From Candidatus Enterousia sp. (GTDB lineage: Bacteria > Pseudomonadota > Alphaproteobacteria > Rs-D84), in assembly GCA_045648925.1 (NCBI GenBank), contig JAZROY010000001.1, forward strand, positions 8,841-72,840: DNA of 64,000 nucleotides. Direction: 5' to 3'. The number at the start of each line of letters is the position of its first letter. Position 1 is the first letter of the stretch. The notes under the pieces were generated by a model. It did no database searches, was not told the origin of the DNA, and was given only the letters and a program-made list of their open reading frames with translations. Of the stretch, positions 19,050 to 27,780 are shown piece after piece. A program made the translations under genes and the position numbers.

Positions 19050-21521
19050 TTAATTCCCAGATGATTTATGTTGTGGCACACCGTATCTTACAATATCTAT
19101 TTCTGATGGTTGTTGTGAATAATTATCTGCACATGTTATGGTGGCGGTGTTGGAATCAGAAACTATGTTCATTGTCGGGCAAATTTGTCCAAAACTGGAA
19201 ATGATAGATTGCTGACACCAATGTTGAGCAGAATCAATCGAACGCGGTTGTTGACACATTTCATCTGTATCAGAATTATCATCTGAACATAATATATCTA
19301 TTGAACATATTGGGTCGTCATCGCCAGATAATGCCGGTAAAAGTGGTCTGCATGTTGCGATTGTGCCGTTTTTACTTCTGTATCCGCCGTTTTCCCAACA
19401 AGAGCAAACACCCCAAGATTGTGTGTCTACGGTTATGCCATAATTTAATGGGCAGATATTTTCTTCGGGGATAAAATGATACCAATACACCAAAGAATCT
19501 GGTGAATTATGAACAGGGTTTATATAAAATATGCTGTCTGGGTTATCGGAATCAATCTTGCAGAAATTATTGGGATTATAGCCAGATTGTTCGGCATATT
19601 TATATTCAACAAAATACCCGCCAAGACCAGCGCAATGATTTGCCAATGTATCCATGATTTTATAATAAATTTCTGTGGCGATGCCTGTTGGTCGTGGTGT
19701 TCTTTGTGCGACATCATAGTCGGCAAAGGTATCAAATCCACCAAATACCTCGGCAATAATATTTTCACATCCAGGGGTATTTGCAACCTGTTGCGCGCAA
19801 GGTGAAATTATGTTTTGGTTTTCATCATAAAGTGTGAACCAATTCATCGCAGTTCCACGTGAAAACAGACCACTTTGCGTATAATAGAAATTACCGTATC
19901 CTGTGCCACCAAAATTGTCAAAACATTGCTTTGCAATTGTGCGACATGCGTTTATTGTGTCTGTTCTGTCTTTGTTTTCAATATAAACGTTGATTATGTC
20001 ATTATTAAACATACCATTACAGGACGAGATATAATCTGAACACATCTCAGATGTCAAAGAAATAGTAGCTGGTTTTAATAACAAAGTGGAATCGCCAGTT
20101 AAATTTGCCATCGCATTTGCAATAGATATTGTTTGTTTGTCATAGCAACCTGCAACCAAATCAAGACAACTTTGTTTAATTGTTTTTACCTTGTCTTGTT
20201 GTGCGTAATATATATCCAAAAGCGCCTTGTCCAGATATTGTTGCCACACAAAATCCGCATTTTCCACGCATTTGTCCAGTGAACTTTCCGCGAATTTTTT
20301 AGTTTTGTTTTCAAAAAATTGAACGAATTGGCGATTTTTTGCGATGGTTGATAATTTTTGGTCTTTTAATTCTTTGTCCGTGTTAAATGTTAACAATTCA
20401 CCCAGTTTATAAAAATCAGAAACCCCTGTTAATGGCGCGCCAGTTGTTACATCTATGAATTGACCATAATCAAGACATTTATGGTAATCAGAACCACAAA
20501 CTTCATCGCTTTGTATCGCAGATTCAACATTTGCAAGGCATGTCGCAATATCGTCAGAGTTATGTTTTTGACGATTTTCAACACGTGCTAAATCAAGCAT
20601 AGCACTGCTTTGATATGTTGCCGCTTTAAGATTTTTTTGCTGTTTTTGTAGTGCCGCTTCGACAGTGTTACAATCTTGTTCTATGGTCATCAGATATGCA
20701 TTGATTGCGCGTTGTAGGGACGCTTTGTTACAATCTTCCTGGACAATGTTTTTACATTTTGGATAAACCGCCTTGTATAAAGTGGTGCCGTTATAAGAAG
20801 CGATAATTTGCGAAGAATCATCAAGACCAAAAGCATAAGACATATCAGGCGAAATAATAATGCTGTTTAAATCTTGGTATTTACCGCTGACATATGCATC
20901 TTCGCCCTTGATAGAATTCATAATTGCCTGTAATAATTGTCTTGATGCAGATTTATCTTTGCTAAGTGCATCTTCGCCCTCAGATGCGGTTTTCATGGCG
21001 GTTGCTTGTTCTTTGGTTAATCCAACGACATCCAAGTTTTCAGAAAATTCAGACAATTGGTCGTTGGCACTTTGATAGGTTTCTGTAATATCTTGAAAAT
21101 CAAAAACCCGGTCACTGCATGAACATCTGCGATAAACATCGCTTTTTAGATAACAAAACTGATCCATACATGTAAAGAAAGCCGTTTTGCATTTTTCGTA
21201 TTCAGTACCTGTGCGTGTTTCGATAACAGAATTCGTGGTTGTTGTTGCACGCGCAGAAACATTGCGTGTTGTTGTCGCAGAGCGCGCTGTCGTGTTTCTT
21301 GTTGCTGTTTTTGATGAAGAATTCGTTGGCATTAAAATTGATACAGGCTTAGTCGAACGCGCAGATACAGTAGTCTTTAATGGGGTTCTGGACGTGATAG
21401 TGCGGGTCGCGCGCGCAGTTGAAGTTTTTGTCCGAGATACAGCGTTTTCGCCACGTGTGGCACCTTCTGCGCAGGTTAAGCAGAAAAGACAAGCATAAAC
21501 AAAAGTAAAAAATTTCTTCAT
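19050..21521 (-). CDS. Large secreted Cys-rich protein with Thr/Arg/Ser/Ala-rich N-terminal linker
   Basis: Signal peptide MKKFFTFVYACL.. (ATG 21521); ARS/ART-rich linker; C...FF.CMDQFC..RC.CS followed by helical Cys-laddered region. Confidence 0.8.
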   Translation of the reverse strand: MKKFFTFVYACLFCLTCAEGATRGENAVSRTKTSTARATRTITSRTPLKTTVSARSTKPVSILMPTNSSSKTATRNTTARSATTTRNVSARATTTTNSVIETRTGTEYEKCKTAFFTCMDQFCYLKSDVYRRCSCSDRVFDFQDITETYQSANDQLSEFSENLDVVGLTKEQATAMKTASEGEDALSKDKSASRQLLQAIMNSIKGEDAYVSGKYQDLNSIIISPDMSYAFGLDDSSQIIASYNGTTLYKAVYPKCKNIVQEDCNKASLQRAINAYLMTIEQDCNTVEAALQKQQKNLKAATYQSSAMLDLARVENRQKHNSDDIATCLANVESAIQSDEVCGSDYHKCLDYGQFIDVTTGAPLTGVSDFYKLGELLTFNTDKELKDQKLSTIAKNRQFVQFFENKTKKFAESSLDKCVENADFVWQQYLDKALLDIYYAQQDKVKTIKQSCLDLVAGCYDKQTISIANAMANLTGDSTLLLKPATISLTSEMCSDYISSCNGMFNNDIINVYIENKDRTDTINACRTIAKQCFDNFGGTGYGNFYYTQSGLFSRGTAMNWFTLYDENQNIISPCAQQVANTPGCENIIAEVFGGFDTFADYDVAQRTPRPTGIATEIYYKIMDTLANHCAGLGGYFVEYKYAEQSGYNPNNFCKIDSDNPDSIFYINPVHNSPDSLVYWYHFIPEENICPLNYGITVDTQSWGVCSCWENGGYRSKNGTIATCRPLLPALSGDDDPICSIDILCSDDNSDTDEMCQQPRSIDSAQHWCQQSIISSFGQICPTMNIVSDSNTATITCADNYSQQPSEIDIVRYGVPQHKSSGN

Positions 21522-21615
21522 CTCTCGTTCAATTCTAGCAAAAATATAAAACGCAGAGCAAGCAAAATTACAAAGGTTTACCACAAAATATAGAATTTTT
21601 TTTGTATTTTTCTTG

Positions 21616-21644
21616 TTGCAAAATCGGACAATATAGTTTATTAT
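21616..21644 (+). promoter_or_regulatory. Sigma70-type promoter of tRNA cluster
   Basis: TTGCAA-17-TATTAT, 15 nt before first tRNA. Confidence 0.6.
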
Positions 21645-21659
21645 GCTTCGTGCTTTAAC

Positions 21660-21746
21660 GGGCATATGGCGGAATTGGTAGACGCGCTAGTTTCAGGTAC
21701 TAGTGGTAGCGATACCTTGGAAGTTCGAGTCTTCTTATGCCCACCA
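21660..21746 (+). tRNA. tRNA-Leu(CAG)
   Basis: Acceptor gggcata/tatgccc, anticodon arm ctagt-ttCAGgt-actag, long variable arm, encoded CCA. Confidence 0.96.
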
Positions 21747-21767
21747 TATGTTTGAAAAAGAGTTTTT

Positions 21768-21843
21768 GGGGTTGTAGCTCAGTTGGTAGAGCGCTGCGTT
21801 CGCAATGCAGAGGTCGTGAGTTCGAATCTCATCAGCTCCACCA
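21768..21843 (+). tRNA. tRNA-Ala(CGC)
   Basis: G3:U70 pair, ctgcg-ttCGCaa-tgcag, 76 nt with CCA. Confidence 0.96.
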
Positions 21844-21904
21844 CCCTTCGCGTCTGCGATGCTTCGGGTGGCAGGCCCCCTGGGTCCGCAGGGCAAAGAC
21901 GGAC
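21844..21904 (+). repeat. tRNA-trailing palindromic repeat, copy 1
   Basis: ccttcg..gct(t/a)cgggtggca.gcc.cctggg.ccgcagggcaaagacggac shared with 22006-22061. Confidence 0.85.
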
Positions 21905-21918
21905 AAAAAACAAGTCCT

Positions 21919-22005
21919 GGGGATATGGCGGAATGGTAGACGCTGAGGACTTAAAATCCTTTGATCATTGCGATCGTGTGGGTTCAAGTCCCACTATCCC
22001 CACCA
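21919..22005 (+). tRNA. tRNA-Leu(TAA)
   Basis: gagga-ctTAAaa-tcctt, long variable arm, CCA. Confidence 0.96.
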
Positions 22006-22061
22006 TCCTTCGTTAAAGCTACGGGTGGCAAGCCACCTGGGGCCGCAGGGCAAAGACGGAC
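22006..22061 (+). repeat. tRNA-trailing palindromic repeat, copy 2
   Basis: Last 19 nt identical to copy 1; begins right after CCA. Confidence 0.85.
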
Positions 22062-22107
22062 GAGAAGGAGTGTTTTTCCGCAAATGCGGATTTTTTGTTA
22101 AAGTTTT

Positions 22108-22184
22108 GGATGTGTGGCTCAGTTGGTTAGAGCACTACGTTCACATCGTAGGGGTCGGCGGTTCGAGTCCGCCCACATCCACCA
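22108..22184 (+). tRNA. tRNA-Val(CAC)
   Basis: ctacg-ttCACat-cgtag, acceptor ggatgtg/cacatcc, CCA. Confidence 0.96.
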
Positions 22185-22409
22185 AAAATAAAAAGGGCTT
22201 TCGGCCCTATTTTTATTTTTGTCGGGCTAGACGAGAACCGCAAATGGTGGTTCGACTACAAGCGAAAGCCAGACGGGAGTATGGCGGTCGGCTATGCCGA
22301 TGAGCGCAGTGAGGTCGAGTTTGAAAAAAAACGAGACCAGTCCGCCCACATCCACCAAAAATAAAAAGGGCTTTCGCCCTATTTTTATTTTTGTCGGGCG
22401 AGACGAGAA
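22166..22409 (+). mobile_element. 173 bp period mini-element duplicating tRNA-Val 3' end and terminator
   Basis: About 72 bp direct repeats 22166-22237 and 22339-22409 (two differences) starting in the T-loop, flanking a 101 bp GC-rich core. Confidence 0.75.
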
Positions 22410-22436
22410 AACTCTGTTTGCAATTATGCATATGTT

Positions 22437-23018
22437 ATGATACAATCTGCGAGAAAAAGTGCGGAGATTTTAGATATGACAAAAAAATTTGAACAGAAAA
22501 TATTTTTAACTGATAAAGAAGTAGTGACAAAAGAATATACTATAAGTGAATTAAAAGAATTGCTTGCCCCCACAGTTATGATTAATTTGTATTACGCGAC
22601 ACAGAATCCAAAATATTGGATGTGGCAAAGAACAGACAAGAAGTTAACCGGAGAAAAATGGCGCAAATGTCAAACGGAGGAACTATACAAAGGATATGAA
22701 GCAAGTAATTTTGGTCGTATACGGAAAAATGGAAAAATATTGCCCCAATATGAAAAATGTTATGAAGGTAAAACAGCACAAGATATAAAAAAAGTCATAG
22801 AAGATAATCCTGGGATTAAAAATATAGGATATTTGCAGGTAAACAGTCATGATGTACATAGATTAGTTGCTGATGCGTGGTTGGTAAAAACTGGTGAAGG
22901 TTACGATGTCCATCATATATCAAATGACGGATATGATAACTGTCCATATAATTTAATATACTTACCAAAAGAAGCGCATAGAAAATCTTACGAAGGCAGT
23001 GTACACAATGGGAAATAG
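22437..23018 (+). CDS. NUMOD4-like/HNH endonuclease
   Basis: EKWR..YKGYEASNFGRIR; VHRLVADAW..VHHISNDGYDNCPYNL; start may be 22477. Confidence 0.85.
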   Translation: MIQSARKSAEILDMTKKFEQKIFLTDKEVVTKEYTISELKELLAPTVMINLYYATQNPKYWMWQRTDKKLTGEKWRKCQTEELYKGYEASNFGRIRKNGKILPQYEKCYEGKTAQDIKKVIEDNPGIKNIGYLQVNSHDVHRLVADAWLVKTGEGYDVHHISNDGYDNCPYNLIYLPKEAHRKSYEGSVHNGK

Positions 23019-23101
23019 CAAGAGGTCTTGTCTTTTTATTACCGTTATCCTGGACCACGTAGAAAATTGATATAATTTTACATTTTTTAATGTGATAATT
23101 T

Positions 23102-23419
23102 TTACCTTAACCCCTTTTTCTTGCAACAGGCACTTGCGGCAGATTTCCAATCTGCATATGTTCCGGATGTGTCGCGCAAATCACGCCATGGTTGCCATGA
23201 ATCGCATTTTGTTTTTTTATCTTTGCCTGTGCATTTTACATATCGGCGAAGCGAACATGTTTCATCAGAAAGTTTACCTGTATCGGTAGTACATTTGACA
23301 ATTACATTTTGATTTTTGGCATCGTCTTTACCAAATTCCTTGGTCGTTATAACCTTGTACGAGAACGCGTTGCCAACAATCGCAAATGTGGATATTAAAA
23401 CAAATAATATTTTTTTCAT
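23102..23419 (-). CDS. Small secreted Cys-rich protein
   Basis: Signal peptide MKKILFVL..AFS; six Cys; SD ggaaagga. Confidence 0.8.
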   Translation of the reverse strand: MKKILFVLISTFAIVGNAFSYKVITTKEFGKDDAKNQNVIVKCTTDTGKLSDETCSLRRYVKCTGKDKKTKCDSWQPWRDLRDTSGTYADWKSAASACCKKKGLR

Positions 23420-23479
23420 GTATAATCCTTTCCATTTACAAAAGTATTATAAATATTTTATAAAACAAATACAACAAAA

Positions 23480-25372
23480 TTAGTTCGCAGATGTCCAAGG
23501 TATATCGTTCATAAACAAATAAAACAATTCCCCCTTGGTTTCATCAGGATTAGTTTCATCAAGCCGAATTATTGGACGAACAACATAAATATCTACATTG
23601 CAATTTTGTCCGTGTTCGTCTTGATATTCGTTTAAAATATAATTAAATTTTTCTGCAAAATCCATTGCTTGTAAATAAGCGGCATCATCATCAGCGGCAT
23701 CTGTAGAATTACCTTCCCACATAAGCCACATACCATAATTAACTTCGTTTTCTTGACCGTTCAGGTCATCGGCAGATAACAAACAAAGTGGTTTAAATTC
23801 GATTCCGTTAGAATATTGTTGTGATGTATTGGATGTTCTGTCGTATAAATCACCAAGAAAAACCACGGCACCATAAAGTCCGCCAAGGTCGCGTTCGAAT
23901 CGTGCAAAACGCGCCCCATGTTTTAATGTAGAATCAATTAACCAATCGCCTATTTTGGCAGAACGCGAAGACATTCCGGCGCGCGCAACATTTGCTGCTT
24001 TGGTCATCGTTTTTGCACCACCCTGTGCGGCTTTTAATGTTTTGCCAGCTGTACCGATTTTTTTAAGGTTTCTTGTGACAATGTTTCCCGTTTGCGGTCG
24101 TTTAAAAGCGCGCAGATTTCGGCGATATTTCATCACATCAGAAAAAGATTCGGCGGTTTTTTTATACTGTTTGACAGAATCGTTCCCTTTTTCAAGTTCT
24201 TTGATTTCGTCTTCTAGTTTTTTTGTTTCTTGTCCCAAAGTTTTTTGCAAATCTTTTATTTTATCAGGATTTTTCAATGCCTCTTCTGTCACAGTTGGGT
24301 CAATTTTTTTTGCTGCATCCAATGTTTTATTTATTTCTTTTTCATATTTTGTTGTGTCTTTCCCTGTCTTTCTGGCTTTTTCCAGTTTTTTTACATTTTT
24401 TTCATATTTACCGAGTTTGGCAATATCGTCAGTTTTGGTTGTGATTTGTCGGGCAATTTGGATGTAATTTTGAACATCATCTAGTTTTGTTAATGCTTTT
24501 AATGAATTTTTTAAATTTTTTGCGGTTCTTGTTGCTCTTGCACCTTTTAATCCAATCATGGCGGCTTCGCCAGTGCCGACTGTGACAATAGTCAATGCAA
24601 CTTCTGCGGCAATTTCTGCATACATAATCCATTCCAAATTTACATCGCCAGCAACATAATAATCGTTGGTGTCTTTTTCTAAATCTACCAGTTCACGAAC
24701 AACCTGGTTTATAGTATAATGGTCGTTTGCCAGTGCAGATTTACTGGTACAGAATGCCCCACGCGGATAAATGTCATCAATGTTATCATTTATCCATTTC
24801 ATTGAAAGTGTATTGTTTTTATCTTGACCAACAAAGTTTGATAATGAATTATGTTCAACAACCATAATCGCATACCAAGCGGGGTCAGTGTTTATATACT
24901 TTGCCGGGTCATTTGTATCCATCAATCGTGGATTCGGATCGCCGTTTGGTAAACTTGGTTTGCCCGCCAATAATAATTTTTGATCCAACACTTTTAATTG
25001 TGTTGTATAATTTATAGTAATTTCCCGACCGTTTGGAAATTGAAAATAAATCGGTGTAAAAGTTACGGTTTGTAACCTGTCTGTAATTTTTTTAAGTTCT
25101 GGACAATCAAGCGCCTCTTGTAAAACATCTTTGTCAAACATAACAGTTTGCGCCCATGCGCGAACCTCAATCTCTGGGGTTTCGTCTTCGTCTATGTCGT
25201 CCATTTCATCGTAAAGCGCTTCTGTAAAAACCTGTGTAGCACAAGGTGTCAGATTTTCAGATTCTGGATGCGCCATCGCCAAAATTTCTTCGGCAGTAAG
25301 CATAATATCCGTATCTTGCGCAAACAAAGGCATCGTGAACAAAAACGCGAAAAACAAAAATATTTTTTTCAC
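23480..25372 (-). CDS. Secreted protein with central hydrophobic helix and basic coiled coil
   Basis: GTG start 25372 after aaagga; signal peptide; AEVALTIVTVGTGEAAMIG then Lys/Glu coiled coil. Confidence 0.75.
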   Translation of the reverse strand: MKKIFLFFAFLFTMPLFAQDTDIMLTAEEILAMAHPESENLTPCATQVFTEALYDEMDDIDEDETPEIEVRAWAQTVMFDKDVLQEALDCPELKKITDRLQTVTFTPIYFQFPNGREITINYTTQLKVLDQKLLLAGKPSLPNGDPNPRLMDTNDPAKYINTDPAWYAIMVVEHNSLSNFVGQDKNNTLSMKWINDNIDDIYPRGAFCTSKSALANDHYTINQVVRELVDLEKDTNDYYVAGDVNLEWIMYAEIAAEVALTIVTVGTGEAAMIGLKGARATRTAKNLKNSLKALTKLDDVQNYIQIARQITTKTDDIAKLGKYEKNVKKLEKARKTGKDTTKYEKEINKTLDAAKKIDPTVTEEALKNPDKIKDLQKTLGQETKKLEDEIKELEKGNDSVKQYKKTAESFSDVMKYRRNLRAFKRPQTGNIVTRNLKKIGTAGKTLKAAQGGAKTMTKAANVARAGMSSRSAKIGDWLIDSTLKHGARFARFERDLGGLYGAVVFLGDLYDRTSNTSQQYSNGIEFKPLCLLSADDLNGQENEVNYGMWLMWEGNSTDAADDDAAYLQAMDFAEKFNYILNEYQDEHGQNCNVDIYVVRPIIRLDETNPDETKGELFYLFMNDIPWTSAN

Positions 25373-25391
25373 GATGTATTCCTTTGTTGAA

Positions 25392-26636
25392 TTAATCATC
25401 TAGGACAATCGTTCCGTAATCAGCAGAAAAACCGTTAGAATCAATATGTCCTATTTCCATGATATAATCCCGACCATGCCAATCACATTTTCCCTTGTCT
25501 GCGACTTCATTTTGAATTTTTTCTTTTATTGTTTCGTATTCTTCAATTGTCATCTGTAATGGTGTTCCGCCAGTAGTTGATTTTACCAATAAACCTTCTT
25601 GGTTTTTATCTGCACAATATTTTGAGCCATCTCTGAATTTTGAAAACACTTTGGTATTAAGGTCATCGTCTAGTGGGTTTGTACCACATATTGCGTAGCA
25701 TCCACGACCAGAGTTTCCGGTTTTTCCAGTGCGATTTGAAGACGATGCGCGTTTGTGTATGCGCGCGTAGAGCATGTTTGGGTCACTGTCTTCTGGATTT
25801 TGTTGTTCTTGATCTTTGTTAACTTCACCTGGGGTCGTTTCATTTTGTTTTAAAGTTTGTTGTGTGCTTTTTTTGCATCCTTTGCTGTTTGGATGTTCTT
25901 CGCACCATTCTGATTCGCTTTTGACTTCCAATGTTTTATATGCGATCGCATCTTTGTACGGTTCAAGACCGGCGCGGTCGTTTTCCATACGCTCTGAAAA
26001 AGACAAATCGGCGTAGGTCGCCGGAAAATCTGTCTTGGTTAAATGTTCACTGCCCACACCGTTTTGCGATTGTAATCGTTGTAATTCGTCGCTTCGCTCT
26101 TTCTGCTCGATCTGCCATTTTGTGGGTTGTTGTTTATACGGATTTTCAAATTGTATTCCGCCCGAATCATCAATGTTTGTATTTGGGGTCGTTGCGCCTG
26201 GAAAAGCAACCGCCCGATTCGGTAAAGAATTGCCGTATTGTTTTTGATATGTTTCAAAAATGCCGTCAATGTATCCAGAACAAGCAGACACATAATTCGC
26301 CCCCGGCAGATTAGAAAGTTGAACCATTATCGTCGGCCGTATGTCCGAAATATCTGTGTTTTTACAATTGTCGCGCGCCATACATTGAACAGATACCAAT
26401 GATTGAACAACCCGGATACAATCGTCAGCGTTAAGGTCCGCGCCGGTCGCATACACAGGTTGTGGTAATCGCTGATTATACGGTGCGGTTGGTGACCAAA
26501 ATGGATTGGATGAATAATGTTGAACATTTTGAATTTGGCCGTAATCAGAAAACAGCGACACCGCCGCCGGCGCAGAAAACGCACAAAAACCGCAGATAAA
26601 AACGAACAACAAAGATTTAAAAAAGTCCTTTATCAT
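25392..26636 (-). CDS. Secreted hypothetical protein
   Basis: Signal peptide, Cys pairs, 414 aa ORF in operon-like spacing. Confidence 0.75.
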   Translation of the reverse strand: MIKDFFKSLLFVFICGFCAFSAPAAVSLFSDYGQIQNVQHYSSNPFWSPTAPYNQRLPQPVYATGADLNADDCIRVVQSLVSVQCMARDNCKNTDISDIRPTIMVQLSNLPGANYVSACSGYIDGIFETYQKQYGNSLPNRAVAFPGATTPNTNIDDSGGIQFENPYKQQPTKWQIEQKERSDELQRLQSQNGVGSEHLTKTDFPATYADLSFSERMENDRAGLEPYKDAIAYKTLEVKSESEWCEEHPNSKGCKKSTQQTLKQNETTPGEVNKDQEQQNPEDSDPNMLYARIHKRASSSNRTGKTGNSGRGCYAICGTNPLDDDLNTKVFSKFRDGSKYCADKNQEGLLVKSTTGGTPLQMTIEEYETIKEKIQNEVADKGKCDWHGRDYIMEIGHIDSNGFSADYGTIVLDD

Positions 26637-26654
26637 CCTTTCCTTATTCCATTA

Positions 26655-27116
26655 TTATATCAAAAATTGGATTGCAATCAAAGCCAAAAATCCACCAATT
26701 AAAAAGAACGGTGCAAAAGGAATATATTTTTCCCGTTTTTTCCAATTCCAAATATATACCAATACACATGTGATAATCATGGCAATAGATAGACCCTGGG
26801 TCCCAAGCCAGATTCCACCTGCCCCCAGTAATTTGATGTCCCCCATGCCGATTGGTGGGTATTCTGCGTTTTTCTTAAGGCGGTCAAATATAAACCCAAC
26901 GATAAGTCCCAGACAGTATCCCATTGCGCCACCGATAACCGAATCAGCGCTTGTCACCGGCCATGGGAAAAATGTCGTAGTCAGCAATCCTGCAAAAAGA
27001 AATGGAAACAAATAGACATCTGGTATGATGTGTCGCCGGAAATCTGCGGTTGCCATGCGCCAAGCGCAAAATAATGCGCCAATTAAAACCAATGAAAAAA
27101 ATATATAATAAATCAT
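26655..27116 (-). CDS. Prepilin peptidase, A24 family (peptidase domain only)
   Basis: AD...HIIPD and IGMGDIKL catalytic Asp motifs, IPFAPF; start at MIYYIFF. Confidence 0.9.
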   Translation of the reverse strand: MIYYIFFSLVLIGALFCAWRMATADFRRHIIPDVYLFPFLFAGLLTTTFFPWPVTSADSVIGGAMGYCLGLIVGFIFDRLKKNAEYPPIGMGDIKLLGAGGIWLGTQGLSIAMIITCVLVYIWNWKKREKYIPFAPFFLIGGFLALIAIQFLI

Positions 27117-27189
27117 GTTTTCTCTCTTGCCTTTCGATTCGTTTTTATGATACAATTATATCAGATATAAAAACAAGGGATTTTTTATT

Positions 27190-27759
27190 ATGAGTAAAGG
27201 TTGGGACAGCGGTATGCTGAAAAAATTAAAAGCCCTGGTCGGTAAGGGGTTGTCTACCTCTGAAATGGGCAAGAAACTTGGCATGTCCAAAAATGCTGTC
27301 GTTGGTAAATTGAATCGTTTGGGCTGGAATGCAAAGGCCAGTGATACTGCATCCAAAAAATCTAGCAAGACAAAAAAAGAAACAAAAACGGTCGCAAAAA
27401 AGCCGGCTAAGGTCACATCGGTAAAGAAAGTTGTCGATAAAAAAACAAAAACAACTGTCAAAAAAGCCAAAGAAACAAAAACAGTTCAAACAAAAACAAA
27501 AGCAACTGTTGATACAAAGGCAAAGCCGGTAATTAAAACTGCGTCGAAAAAAACAAAAAAAGATTTGGCTTTGCATGAATTGTTGATTCAGCATGCTTTG
27601 CAGATGGCGGGTTTAAAACCGAATCAGTGCCGTTGGCCGATTGGTGACCCCGATTCGGAAAATTTTCATTTTTGTGGTGAACAGGTCTTTACGGGCAAAC
27701 CGTATTGTTATGAACACTGTCGTCAGGCGTACCAGTTAACACCACCAAAGAAAAAATAA
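27190..27759 (+). CDS. gcrA: GcrA cell-cycle regulator
   Basis: W....LK.L...GLS..SKNAVVGKLNRLG; CRWPIGDP..FHFCG..PYC..H. Confidence 0.93.
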   Translation: MSKGWDSGMLKKLKALVGKGLSTSEMGKKLGMSKNAVVGKLNRLGWNAKASDTASKKSSKTKKETKTVAKKPAKVTSVKKVVDKKTKTTVKKAKETKTVQTKTKATVDTKAKPVIKTASKKTKKDLALHELLIQHALQMAGLKPNQCRWPIGDPDSENFHFCGEQVFTGKPYCYEHCRQAYQLTPPKKK

Positions 27760-27780
27760 AAAAAACAACGGAGAAAACCA

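Noticed and set aside
21844-22409. Repeats as CRISPR array
   Set aside because: Only two copies per family, separated by tRNAs or one core; no cas genes
21737-22445. ORF-track ORFs over the tRNA cluster
   Set aside because: They overlap tRNAs and repeats; spurious
22437-23018. Prophage or intron around the HNH gene
   Set aside because: No integrase, structural genes or interrupted host gene
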